From the NCBI RefSeq assembly GCF_009914755.1, contig NC_060936.1: 64,000 bases of DNA; one strand, 5' to 3'. Source of the DNA: the human T2T-CHM13v2.0 reference genome, Homo sapiens. Below the pieces are notes generated by a model. The model did not search any database. It saw only the letters and a list, made by a program, of their open reading frames with translations, and was not told the origin of the DNA. The position numbers were made by a program, and so were the translations under genes. This document shows, one piece after another, positions 13,101-27,472 of the stretch. Within the stretch, counting starts at the first letter, position 1, and the number at the start of each line of letters is the position of its first letter.

Positions 13101-16100
13101 CTCCAACTGGAAACTGCACAAATAGGGTGTTTCAAATCTGCTCTGTCTAAAGGAAGGTTCAACTCTGTGAGTTGAATACACACACCACAAATAAGTTACT
13201 GAGAATTCTTCTGTCGAACATTACATGAAGAAATCCCGTTTCCAACGAAGGCCTCAAAGAGGTCTAAATATCCACTTGCAGACATTACAAACAGTGTGTT
13301 TCCAAACTGCTCCATCAAAAGAAAGGTTAAACTCTGTGAGCTGAACACACACATCAAAAAGAAGTTTCTGTGAATGATTCTGTCTAGATTTTATAAGAAG
13401 ATGTTTCCTTTTCTACCGTAGGCCTCAAAGCGCTTGAAATCTCCAGCTGCAAATTCCACAAAAAGGGTGTTTAACATCTGCTCTTCTAAAGGAAAGTTCA
13501 ACTCTATGAGTTGAATACACACAGCACAAAGAAGTTACTGAGACTTCTCCTATCAAACATTATATGAAGAAATCCCGTTTCCAACGAAGGCCTCAAAGAG
13601 GTCCAAATATCTGCTTGCAGACTTTACAGACAGAGTTTTTCCAAACTGCTCCATCAAAAGAAAGGTTAAACTCCTTGAGTTGAACACACACATCACAAAG
13701 TAGTTTCTGTGAATGATTCTGTCTAGTTTTTATACGAAGATGTTTCCTTTTCTACCTTTGGTCTCAAAGCGATTGAAATCTCCACATGGAAACCCAACAA
13801 AAAGAGTGTTTCAAATCTGCTCTTTCTGAAGGAAGGTTCAACCCTGTGAGTTGAATACACACACCACAAATAAGTTACTGAGAATTCTTCTGTGTAACAT
13901 TATATGAGGAAATCCCGTTTCCAACGAAGGCCTCAAAGAGGTCCAAATATCCACTTGCAGACTTTACAAAGACAGTGTCTCCAAACTCCTCCATCAAAAG
14001 AAAGGTTATACTCTGTGAATTGAACGCACACATCACAAAGTAGTTTCTGAGAATGATTCTCTCTAGTTTTTATACAAAGATATTTCCTTTTCTACATTTG
14101 GCCTAAAAGCGCTTGAAATCTCCACCTGCAAATATCACAAAAAGAGGGTTTCACATCTGCTCTGTCTAAAGGACAGTTCACCTCTGTGAGTTGAATAGAG
14201 GCAACACAAAGAACTTACTCAGTATTCTTCTTTCTAGCGTTCTATGAAGAAATCCCGTTTCCAACGAAGGCCTCAAGGAGGTCCAAATATCTGCTTGCAG
14301 ACTTTACAGAGTGTTTCCAAACTACTCTATGAAAAGAAAGCTTAAACTCCTTGAGTTGAACGCACACATCACAAAGTAGTTTCTGAGAATTATTCTGTCT
14401 AGTTTTTATACGAAGATGTTTCCTTTTCTACATTTGGTCTCAAAGCGATTGAAATCTCCAACTGGAAACTGCACAAATAGGGTGTTTCAAATCTGCTCTG
14501 TCTAAAGGAAGGTTCAACCCTGTGAGTTGAATACACACACCACAAATAAGTTACTGAAAATTCTTCTGTCGAACATTACATGAAGAAATCCCGTTTCCAA
14601 CGAAGGCCTCAAACAGGTCCAAATATCCACTTGCAGACATTACAGAGTGTTTCCAAACTGCTCCATCAAAAGAAAGGTTAAACTCTGTGAGCTGAACACA
14701 CACATCAAAAAGAAGTTTCTGTGAATGATTCTGTCTAGATTTTATAAGAAGATGTTTCCTTTTCTACCGTAGGCCTCAAAGCGCTTGAAATCTCCAGCTG
14801 CAAATTCCACAAAAAGGGTGTTTAACATCTGCTCTTCTAAAGCAAAGTTCAACTCTATGAGTTGAATACACACAGCACAAAGAAGTTACTGAGACTTCTC
14901 CTATCAAACATCATATGAAGAAATCCCGTTTCCAACGAAGGCCTCAAAGAGGTCCAAATATCTGCTTGCAGACTTTACAGAGAGAGTGTTTTTAAACTGC
15001 TCCATCAAAAGAAAGGTTAAACTCCTTGAGTTGAACACACACATCACAAAGTAGTTTCTGTGAATGATTCTGTCTAGTTTTTATACGAAGATGTTTCCTT
15101 TTCTACCTTTGGTCTCAAAGCGATTGAAATCTCCACATGGAAACTCCACAAAAAGTGTGTTTCAAATCTGCTCTCTCTGAAGGAAGGTTCAACTCTGTGA
15201 GTTGAATACACACACCACTAATAAGTTACTGAGAATTCTTCTGTGTAACATTATATGAGGAAATCCCGTTTCCAACGAAGGCCTCAAAGAGGTCCAAATA
15301 TCCACTTGCAGACTTTACAAAGACAGTGTCTCCAAACTCCTCCATCAAAAGAAAGGTTATACTCTGTGAATTGAACGCACACATCACAAAGTAGTTTCTG
15401 AGAATGATTCTGTCTAGTTTTTATACGAAGATATTTCCTTTTCTACATTTGGCCTAAAAGCGCTTGAAATCTCCACCTGCAAATATCACAAAAAGAGGGT
15501 TTCAGATCTGCTCTGTCAAAAGGACAGTTCACCTCTGTGAGTTGAATAGAGGCAACACAAAGAACTTACTCAGTATTCTTCTTTCTAGCGTTCTATGAAG
15601 AAATCCCGTTTCCAACGAAGGCCTCAAGGAGGTCCAAATATCTGCTTGCAGACTTTACAGAGTGTTTCCAAACTACTCTATGAAAAGAAAGCTTAAACTC
15701 CTTGAGTTGAACGCACACATCACAAAGTAGTTTCTGAGAATGATTCTGTCTAGTTTTTATACGAAGATGTTTCCTTTTCTACATTTGGTCTCAAAGCGAT
15801 TGAAATCTCCAACTGGAAACTGCACAAATAGGGTGTTTCAAATCTGCTCTGTCTAAAGGAAGGTTCAACCCTGTGAGTTGAATACACACACCACAAATAA
15901 GTTACTGAAAATTCTTCTGTCGAACATTACATGAAGAAATCCCGTTTCCAACGAAGGCCTCAAAGAGGTCCAAATATCCACTTGCAGACATTACAGAGTG
16001 TTTCCAAACTGCTCCATCAAAAGAAAGGTTAAACTCTGTGAGCTGAACACACACATCAAAAAGAAGTTTCTGTGAATGATTCTGTCTAGATTTTATAAGA

Positions 16101-19100
16101 AGATGTTTCCTTTTCTACCGTAGGCCTCAAAGCGCTTGAAATCTCCAGCTGCAAATTCCACAAAAAGGGTGTTTAACATCTGCTCTTCTAAAGCAAAGTT
16201 CAACTCTATGAGTTGAATACACACAGCACAAAGAAGTTACTGAGACTTCTCCTATCAAACATCACATGAAGAAATCCCGTTTCCAACGAAGGCCTCAAAG
16301 AGGTCCAAATATCTGCTTGCAGACTTTACAGACAGAGTGTTTCCAAACTGCTCCATCAAAAGAAAGGTTAAACTCCTTGAGTTGAACACACACATCACAA
16401 AGTAGTTTCTGTGAATGATTCTGTCTAGTTTTTATACGAAGATGTTTCCTTTTCTACCTTTGGTCTCAAAGCGATTGAAATCTCCACATGGAAACTCCAC
16501 AAAAAGAGTGTTTCATATCTGCTCTTTCTGAAGGAAGGTTCAACTCTGTGAGTTGAATACACACACCACAAATAAGTTACTGAGAATTCTTCTGTGTAAC
16601 ATTATATGAGGAAATCCCGTTTCCAACGAAGGCCACAAAGAGGTCCAAATATCCACGTGCAGACTTTACAAAGACAGTGTCTCCAAACTCGTCCATCAAA
16701 AGAAAGGTTATACTCTGTGAATTGAACGCACACATCACAAAGTAGTTTCTGAGAATGATTCTGTCTAGTTTTTATACGAAGATATTTCCTTTTCTACATT
16801 TGGCCTAAAAGCGCTTGAAATCTCCACCTGCAAATATCCCAAAAAGAGGGTTTCACATCTGCTCTGTCTAAAGGACAGTTCACCTCTGTGAGTTGAATAG
16901 AGGCAACACAAAGAACTTACTCAGTATTCTTCTTTCTAGCGTTCTATGAAGAAATCCCTTTTCCAACGAAGGCCTCAAAGAGGTCCAAATATCTGCTTGC
17001 AGACTTTACAGACAGAGTGTTTCCAAACTACTCTATGAAAAGAAAGCTTAAACTCCTTGAGTTGAATGCACACATCACAAAGTAGTTTCTGAGAATGATT
17101 CTGTCTAATTTTTATACGAAGATGTTTCCTTTTCTACATTTGGTCTTAAAGCGATTGAAATCTCCAACTGGTAACTGCACAAATAGGGTGTTTGAAATCT
17201 GCTCTGTCTAAAGGAAGGTTCAACTCTGTGAGTTGAATACACACACCACAAATAAGGTACTGAGAATTCTTCTGTCGAACATTACATGAAGAAATCCCGT
17301 TTCCAACGAAGGCCTCAAAGAGGTCCAAATATCCACTTGGAGACATTACAAACAGTGTGTTTCCAAACTGCTCCATCAAGAGAAAGGTTAAACTCTGTGA
17401 GCTGAACACACACATCAAAAAGAAGTTTCTGTGAATGATTCTGTCTAGATTTTATAAGAAGATGTTTCCTTTTCTACCGTAGGCCTCAAAGCGCTTGAAA
17501 TCTCCAGCTGCAAATTCCACAAAAAGGGTGTTTAACATCTGCTCTTCTAAAGGAAAGTTCAACTCTATGAGTTGAATACACACAGCACAAAGAAGTTACT
17601 GAGACTTCTCCTATCAAACATTATATGAAGAAATCCCGTTTCCAACGAAGGCCTCAAAGAGGTCCAAATATCTGCTTGCAGACTTTACAGACAGAGTTTT
17701 TCCAAACTGCTCCATCAAAAGAAAGGTTAAACTCCTTGAGTTGAACACACACATCACAAAGTAGTTTCTGTGAATGATTCTGTCTAGTTTTTATACGAAG
17801 ATGTTTCCTTTTCTACCTTTGGTCTCAAAGCGATTGAAATCTCCACATGGAAACTCCACAAAAAGAGTGTTTCAAATCTGCTCTTTCTGAAGGAAGGTTC
17901 AACTCTGTGAGTTGAATACACACACCACAAATAAGTTACTGAGAATTCTTCTGTGTAACATTATATGAGGAAATCCCGTTTCCAACGAAGGCCTCAAAGA
18001 GGTCCAAATATCCACTTGCAGACTTTACAAAGACAGTGTCTCCAAACTCCTCCATCAAAAGAAAGGTTATACTCTGTGAATTGAACGCACACATCACAAA
18101 GTAGTTTCTGAGAATGATTCTGTCTAGTTTTTATACGAAGATATTTCCTTTTCTACATTTGGCCTAAAAGCGCTTGAAATCTCCACCTGCAAATATCACA
18201 AAAAGAGGGTTTCACATCTGCTCTGTCTAAAGGACAGTTCACCTCTGTGAGTTGAATAGAGGCAACACAAAGAACTTACTCAGTATTCTTCTTTCTAGCG
18301 TTCTATGAAGAAATCCCGTTTCCAACGAAGGCCTCAAAGAGGTCCAAATATCTGCTTGCAGACTTTACAGACAGAGTGTTTTTAAACTGCTCCATCAAAA
18401 GAAAGGTTAAACTCCTTGAGTTGAACACACACATCACAAAGTAGTTTCTGAGAATGATTCTGTCTAGTTTTTATACGAAGATATTTCCTTTTCTACATTT
18501 GGCCTAAAAGCGCTTGAAATCTCCACCTGCAAATATCACAAAAAGAGGGTTTCACATCTGCTCTGTCTAAAGGACAGTTCACCTCTGTGAGTTGAATAGA
18601 GGCAACACAAAGAACTTACTCAGTATTCTTCTTTCTAGCGTTCTATGAAGAAATCCCGTTTCCAACGAAGGCCTCAAAGAGGTCCAAATATCTGCTTGCA
18701 GACTTTACAGACAGAGTGTTTTTAAACTGCTCCATCAAAAGAAAGGTTAAACTCCTTGAGTTGAACACACACATCACAAAGTAGTTTCTGTGAATGATTC
18801 TGTCTAGTTTTTATACGAAGATATTTCCTTTTCTACCTTTGGTCTCAAAGCGATTGAAATCTCCACATGGAAACTCCACAAAAAGAGTGTTTCAAATCTG
18901 CTCTCTCTGAAGGAAGGTTCAACTCTGTGAGTTGAAAACACACACCACAAATAAGTTACTGAGAATTCTTCTGTGTAACATTATATGAGGAAATCCCGTT
19001 TCCAACGAAGGCCTCAAAGAGGTCCAAATATCCACTTGCAGACTTTACAAAGACAGTGTCTCCAAACTCCTCCATCAAAAGAAAGGTTATACTCTGTGAA

Positions 19101-21700
19101 TTGAACGCACACATCACAAAGTAGTTTCTCAGAATGATTCTGTCTAGTTTTTATACGAAGATATTTCCTTTTCTACATTTGGCCTAAGAGCGCTTGAAAT
19201 CTCCACCTGCAAATATCACAAAAAGAGGGTTTCACATCTGCTCTGTCTAAAGGACAGTTCACCTCTGTGAGTTGAATAGAGGCAACACAAAGAACTTACT
19301 CAGTATTCTTCTTTCTAGCGTTCTATGAAGAAATCCCTTTTCCAAAGAAGGCCTCAAAGAGGTCCAAATATCTGCTTGCAGACTTTACAGAGTGTTTCCA
19401 AACTACTCTATGAAAAGAAAGCTTAAACTCCTTGAGTTGAACGCACACATCACAAAGTAGTTTCTGAGAATGATTCTGTCTAGTTTTTATACGAAGATGT
19501 TTCCTTTTCTACATTTCGTCTCAAAGCGATTGAAATCTCCAACTGGAAACTGCACAAATAGGGTGTTTCAAATCTGCTCTGTCTAAAGGAAGGTTCAACT
19601 CTGTGAGTTGAATACACACACCACAAATAAGTTACTGAGAATTCTTCTGTCGAACATTACATGAAGAAATCCCGTTTCCAACGAAGGCCTCAAAGAGGTC
19701 CAAATATCCACTTGCAGACATTACAAACAGTGTGTTTCCAAACTGCTCCATCAAAAGAAAGGTTAAACTCTGTGAGCTGAACACACACATCAAAAAGAAG
19801 TTTCTGTGAATGATTCTGTCTAGATTTTATAAGAAGATGTTTCCTTTTCTACCGTAGGCCTCAAAGCGCTTGAAATCTCCAGCTGCAAATTCCACAAAAA
19901 GGGTGTTTAACATCTGCTCTTCTAAAGGAAAGTTCAACTCTATGAGTTGAATACACACAGCACAAAGAAGTTACTGAGACTTCTCCTATCAAACATTATA
20001 TGAAGAAATCCCGTTTCCAACGAAGGCCTCAAAGAGGTCCAAATATCTGCTTGCAGACTTTACAGACAGAGTTTTTCCAAACTGCTCCATCAAAAGAAAG
20101 GTTAAACTCCTTGAGTTGAACACACACATCACAAAGTAGTTTCTGTGAATGATTCTGTCTAGTTTTTATACGAAGATGTTTCCTTTTCTACCTTTGGTCT
20201 CAAAGCGATTGAAATCTCCACATGGAAACTCCACAAAAAGAGTGTTTCAAATCTGCTCTTTCTGAAGGAAGGTTCAACCCTGTGAGTTGAATACACACAC
20301 CACAAATAAGTTACTGAGAATTCTTCTGTGTAACATTATATGAGGAAATCCCGTTTCCAACGAAGGCCTCAAAGAGGTCCAAATATCCACTTGCAGACTT
20401 TACAAAGACAGTGTCTCCAAACTCCTCCATCAAAAGAAAGGTTATACTCTGTGAATTGAATGCACACATCACAAAGTAGTTTCTGAGAATGATTCTGTCT
20501 AGTTTTTATACAAAGATATTTCCTTTTCTACATTTGGCCTAAAAGCGCTTGAAATCTCCACCTGCAAATATCACAAAAAGAGGGTTTCACATCTGCTCTG
20601 TCTAAAGGACAGTTCACCTCTGTGAGTTGAATAGAGGCAACACAAAGAACTTACTCAGTATTCTTCTTTCTAGCGTTCTATGAAGAAATCCCGTTTCCAA
20701 CGAAGGCCTCAAAGAGGTCCAAATATCTGCTTGCAGACCTTACAGAGTGTTTCCAAACTACTCTATGAAAAGAAAGCTTAAACTCCTTGAGTTGAACGCA
20801 CACATCACAAAGTAGTTTCTGAGAATTATTCTGTCTAGTTTTTATACGAAGATGTTTCCTTTTCTACATTTGGTCTCAAAGCGATTGAAATCTCCAACTG
20901 GAAACTGCACAAATAGGGTGTTTGAAATCTGCTCTGTCTAAAGGAAGGTTCAACCCTGTGAGTTGAATACACACACCACAAATAAGTTACTGAGAATTCT
21001 TCTGTCGAACATTACATGAAGAAATCCCGTTTCCAACGAAGGCCTCAAAGAGGTCCAAATATCCACTTGCAGACATTACAGAGTGTTTCCAAACTGCTCC
21101 ATCAAAAGAAAGGTTAAACTCTGTGAGCTGAACACACACATCAAAAAGAAGTTTCTGTGAATGTTTCTGTCTAGATTTTATAAGAAGATGTTTCCTTTTC
21201 TACCGTAGGCCTCAAAGCGCTTGAAATCTCCAGCTGCAAATTCCACAAAAAGGGTGTTTAACATCTGCTCTTCTAAAGCAAAGTTCAACTCTATGAGTTG
21301 AATACACACAGCACAAAGAAGTTACTGAGACTTCTCCTATCAAACATCATATGAAGAAATCCCGTTTCCAACGAAGGCCTCAAAGAGGTCCAAATATCTG
21401 CTTGCAGACTTTACAGACAGAGTGTTTCCAAACTGCTCCATCAAAAGAAAGGTTAAACTCCTTGAGTTGAACACACACATCACAAAGTAGTTTCTGTGAA
21501 TGATTCTGTCTAGTTTTTATACGAAGATGTTTCCTTTTCTACCTTTGGTCTCAAAGCGATTGAAATCTCCACATGGAAACTCCACAAAAAGAGTGTTTCA
21601 TATCTGCTCTTTCTGAAGGAAGGTTCAACTCTGTGAGTTGAATACACACACCACAAATAAGTTACTGAGAATTCTTCTGTGTAACATTATATGAGGAAAT
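7130..21700. repeat. Copy 1 of a large intra-array duplication
   Basis: Private variants and the unusual dimer order recur at offset +20343 (7130-~14400), then at +18992 (~15700-21700). Confidence 0.88.
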
Positions 21701-24700
21701 CCCGTTTCCAACGAAGGCCTCAAAGAGGTCCAAATATCCACTTGCAGACTTTACAAAGACAGTGTCTCCAAACTCGTCCATCAAAAGAAAGGTTATACTC
21801 CGTGAATTGAACGCACACATCACAAAGTAGTTTCTGAGAATGATTCTGTCTAGTTTTTATACGAAGATATTTCCTTTTCTACATTTGGCCTAAAAGCGCT
21901 TGAAATCTCCACCTGCAAATATCCCAAAAAGAGGGTTTCACATCTGCTCTGTCTAAAGGACAGTTCACCTCTGTGAGTTGAATAGAGGCAACACAAAGAA
22001 CTTACTCAGTATTCTTCTTTCTAGCGTTCTATGAAGAAATCCCTTTTCCAACGAAGGCCTCAAAGAGGTCCAAATATCTGCTTGCAGACTTTACAGACAG
22101 AGTGTTTCCAAACTACTCTATGAAAAGAAAGCTTAAACTCCTTGAGTTGAATGCACACATCACAAAGTAGTTTCTGAGAATGATTCTGTCTAATTTTTAT
22201 ACGAAGATGTTTCCTTTTCTACATTTGGTCTTAAAGCGATTGAAATCTCCAACTGGAAACTGCACAAATAGGGTGTTTGAAATCTGCTCTGTCTAAAGGA
22301 AGGTTCAACTCTGTGAGTTGAATACACACACCACAAATAAGGTACTGAGAATTCTTCTGTCGAACATTACATGAAGAAATCCCGTTTCCAACGAAGGCCT
22401 CAAAGAGGTCCAAATATCCACTTGGAGACATTACAAACAGTGTGTTTCCAAACTGCTCCATCAAAAGAAAGGTTAAACTCTGTGAGCTGAACACACACAT
22501 CAAAAAGAAGTTTCTGTGAATGATTCTGTCTAGATTTTATAAGAAGATGTTTCCTTTTCTACCGTAGGCCTCAAAGCGCTTGAAATCTCCAGCTGCAAAT
22601 TCCACAAAAAGGGTGTTTAACATCTGCTCTTCTAAAGGAAAGTTCAACACTATGAGTTGAATACACACAGCACAAAGAAGTTACTGAGACTTCTCCTATC
22701 AAACATTATATGAAGAAATCCCGTTTCCAACGAAGGCCTCAAAGAGGTCCAAATATCTGCTTGCAGACTTTACAGACAGAGTTTTTCCAAACTGCTCCAT
22801 CAAAAGAAAGGTTAAACTCCTTGAGTTGAACACACACATCACAAAGTAGTTTCTGTGAATGATTCTGTCTAGTTTTTATACGAAGATGTTTCCTTTTCTA
22901 CCTTTGGTCTCAAAGCGATTGAAATCTCCACATGGAAACTCCACAAAAAGAGTGTTTCAAATCTGCTCTTTCTGAAGGAAGGTTCAACTCTGTGAGTTGA
23001 ATACACACACCACAAATAAGTTACTGAGAATTCTTCTGTGTAACATTATATGAGGAAATCCCGTTTCCAACGAAGGCCTCAAAGAGGTCCAAATATCCAC
23101 TTGCAGACTTTACAAAGACAGTGTCTCCAAACTCCTCCATCAAAAGAAAGGTTATACTCTGTGAATTGAACGCACACATCACAAAGTAGTTTCTGAGAAT
23201 GATTCTGTCTAGTTTTTATACGAAGATATTTCCTTTTCTACATTTGGCCTAAAAGCGCTTGAAATCTCCACCTGCAAATATCACAAAAAGAGGGTTTCAC
23301 ATCTGCTCTGTCTAAAGGACAGTTCACCTCTGTGAGTTGAATAGAGGCAACACAAAGAACTTACTCAGTATTTTTCTTTCTAGCGTTCTATGAAGAAATC
23401 CCGTTTCCAACGAAGGCCTCAAAGAGGTCCAAATATCTGCTTGCAGACTTTACAGACAGAGTGTTTTTAAACTGCTCCATCAAAAGAAAGGTTAAACTCC
23501 TTGAGTTGAACACACACATCACAAAGTAGTTTCTGTGAATGATTCTGTCTAGTTTTTATACGAAGATGTTTCCTTTTCTACCTTTGGTCTCAAAGCGATT
23601 GAAATCTCCACATGGAAACTCCACAAAAAGAGTGTTTCATATCTGCTCTTTCTGAAGGAAGGTTCAACTCTGTGAGTTGAATACACACACCACAAATAAG
23701 TTACTGAGAATTCTTCTGTGTAACATTATATGAGGAAATCCCGTTTCCAACGAAGGCCTCAAAGAGGTCCAAATATCCACTTGCAGACTTTACAAAGACA
23801 GTGTCTCCAAACTCGTCCATCAAAAGAAAGGTTATACTCCGTGAATTGAACGCACACATCACAAAGTAGTTTCTGAGAATGATTCTGTCTAGTTTTTATA
23901 CGAAGATATTTCCTTTTCTACATTTGGCCTAAAAGCGCTTGAAATCTCCACCTGCAAATATCCCAAAAAGAGGGTTTCACATCTGCTCTGTCTAAAGGAC
24001 AGTTCACCTCTGTGAGTTGAATAGAGGCAACACAAAGAACTTACTCAGTATTCTTCTTTCTAGCGTTCTATGAAGAAATCCCTTTTCCAACGAAGGCCTC
24101 AAAGAGGTCCAAATATCTGCTTGCAGACTTTACAGACAGAGTGTTTCCAAACTACTCTATGAAAAGAAAGCTTAAACTCCTTGAGTTGAATGCACACATC
24201 ACAAAGTAGTTTCTGAGAATGATTCTGTCTAATTTTTATACGAAGATGTTTCCTTTTCTACATTTGGTCTTAAAGCGATTGAAATCTCCAACTGGAAACT
24301 GCACAAATAGGGTGTTTGAAATCTGCTCTGTCTAAAGGAAGGTTCAACTCTGTGAGTTGAATACACACACCACAAATAAGGTACTGAGAATTCTTCTGTC
24401 GAACATTACATGAAGAAATCCCGTTTCCAACGAAGGCCTCAAAGAGGTCCAAATATCCACTTGGAGACATTACAAACAGTGTGTTTCCAAACTGCTCCAT
24501 CAAAAGAAAGGTTAAACTCTGTGAGCTGAACACACACATCAAAAAGAAGTTTCTGTGAATGATTCTGTCTAGATTTTAAAAGAAGATGTTTCCTTTTCTA
24601 CTGTAGGCCTCAAAGCGCTTGAAATCTCCAGCTGCAAATTCCACAAAAAGGGTGTTTAACATCTGCTCTTCTAAAGGAAAGTTCAACACTATGAGTTGAA

Positions 24701-25507
24701 TACACACAGCACAAAGAAGTTACTGAGACTTCTCCTATCAAACATTATATGAAGAAATCCCGTTTCCAACGAAGGCCTCAAAGAGGTCCAAATATCTGCT
24801 TGCAGACTTTACAGACAGAGTTTTTCCAAACTGCTCCATCAAAAGAAAGGTTAAACTCCTTGAGTTGAACACACACATCACAAAGTAGTTTCTGTGAATG
24901 ATTCTGTCTAGTTTTTATACGAAGATGTTTCCTTTTCTACCTTTGGTCTCAAAGCGATTGAAATCTCCACATGGAAACTCCACAAAAAGAGTGTTTCAAA
25001 TCTGCTCTTTCTGAAGGAAGGTTCAACTCTGTGAGTTGAATACACACACCACAAATAAGTTACTGAGAATTCTTCTGTGTAACATTATATGAGGAAATCC
25101 CGTTTCCAACGAAGGCCTCAAAGAGGTCCAAATATCCACTTGCAGACTTTACAAAGACAGTGTCTCCAAACTCCTCCATCAAAAGAAAGGTTATACTCTG
25201 TGAATTGAACGCACACATCACAAAGTAGTTTCTGAGAATGATTCTGTCTAGTTTTTATACGAAGATATTTCCTTTTCTACATTTGGCCTAAAAGCGCTTG
25301 AAATCTCCACCTGCAAATATCACAAAAAGAGGGTTTCACATCTGCTCTGTCTAAAGGACAGTTCACCTCTGTGAGTTGAATAGAGGCAACACAAAGAACT
25401 TACTCAGTATTCTTCTTTCTAGCGTTCTATGAAGAAATCCCGTTTCCAACGAAGGCCTCAAAGAGGTCCAAATATCTGCTTGCAGACTTTACAGACAGAG
25501 TGTTTTT
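21430..25507. repeat. Tandem duplication of a 12-monomer segment (2 x 2039 bp)
   Basis: tactccgtg (~21800/~23839) and caacactatg (~22649/~24688) occur only in these two copies. The ORFs at 22231 and 24270 are 2039 bp apart. Confidence 0.87.
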
Positions 25508-27472
25508 AAACTGCTCCATCAAAAGAAAGGTTAAACTCCTTGAGTTGAACACACACATCACAAAGTAGTTTCTGTGAATGATTCTGTCTAGTTTTTATAC
25601 GAAGATATTTCCTTTTCTACCTTTGGTCTCAAAGCGATTGAAATCTCCACATGGAAACTCCACAAAAAGAGTGTTTCAAATCTGCTCTCTCTGAAGGAAG
25701 GTTCAACTCTGTGAGTTGAAAACACACACCACAAATAAGTTACTGAGAATTCTTCTGTGTAACATTATATGAGGAAATCCCGTTTCCAACGAAGGCCTCA
25801 AAGAGGTCCAAATATCCACTTGCAGACTTTACAAAGACAGTGTCTCCAAACTCCTCCATCAAAAGAAAGGTTATACTCTGTGAATTGAACGCACACATCA
25901 CAAAGTAGTTTCTCAGAATGATTCTGTCTAGTTTTTATACGAAGATATTTCCTTTTCTACATTTGGCCTAAGAGCGCTTGAAATCTCCACCTGCAAATAT
26001 CACAAAAAGAGGGTTTCACATCTGCTCTGTCTAAAGGACAGTTCACCTCTGTGAGTTGAATAGAGGCAACACAAAGAACTTACTCAGTATTCTTCTTTCT
26101 AGCGTTCTATGAAGAAATCCCTTTTCCAAAGAAGGCCTCAAAGAGGTCCAAATATCTGCTTGCAGACTTTACAGAGTGTTTCCAAACTACTCTATGAAAA
26201 GAAAGCTTAAACTCCTTGAGTTGAACGCACACATCACAAAGTAGTTTCTGAGAATGATTCTGTGTAGTTTTTATACGAAGATGTTTCCTTTTCTACATTT
26301 CGTCTCAAAGCGATTGAAATCTCCAACTGGAAACTGCACAAATAGGGTGTTTCAAATCTGCTCTGTCTAAAGGAAGGTTCAACTCTGTGAGTTGAATACA
26401 CACACCACAAATAAGTTACTGAGAATTCTTCTGTCGAACATTACATGAAGAAATCCCGTTTCCAACGAAGGCCTCAAAGAGGTCCAAATATCCACTTGCA
26501 GACATTACAAACAGTGTGTTTCCAAACTGCTCCATCAAAAGAAAGGTTAAACTCTGTGAGCTGAACACACACATCAAAAAGAAGTTTCTGTGAATGATTC
26601 TGTCTAGATTTTATAAGAAGATGTTTCCTTTTCTACCGTAGGCCTCAAAGCGCTTGAAATCTCCAGCTGCAAATTCCACAAAAAGGGTGTTTAACATCTG
26701 CTCTTCTAAAGGAAAGTTCAACTCTATGAGTTGAATACACACAGCACAAAGAAGTTACTGAGACTTCTCCTATCAAACATTATATGAAGAAATCCCGTTT
26801 CCAACGAAGGCCTCAAAGAGGTCCAAATATCTGCTTGCAGACTTTACAGACAGAGTTTTTCCAAACTGCTCCATCAAAAGAAAGATTAAACTCCTTGAGT
26901 TGAACACACACATCACAAAGTAGTTTCTGTGAATGATTCTGTCTAGTTTTTATACGAAGATGTTTCCTTTTCTACCTTTGGTCTCAAAGCGATTGAAATC
27001 TCCACATGGAAACTCCACAAAAAGAGTGTTTCAAATCTGCTCTTTCTGAAGGAAGGTTCAACCCTGTGAGTTGAATACACACACCACAAATAAGTTACTG
27101 AGAATTCTTCTGTGTAACATTATATGAGGAAATCCCGTTTCCAACGAAGGCCTCAAAGAGGTCCAAATATCCACTTGCAGACTTTACAAAGACAGTGTCT
27201 CCAAACTCCTCCATCAAAAGAAAGGTTATACTCTGTGAATTGAATGCACACATCACAAAGTAGTTTCTGAGAATGATTCTGTCTAGTTTTTATACAAAGA
27301 TATTTCCTTTTCTACATTTGGCCTAAAAGCGCTTGAAATCTCCACCTGCAAATATCACAAAAAGAGGGTTTCACATCTGCTCTGTCTAAAGGACAGTTCA
27401 CCTCTGTGAGTTGAATAGAGGCAACACAAAGAACTTACTCAGTATTCTTCTTTCTAGCGTTCTATGAAGAAA

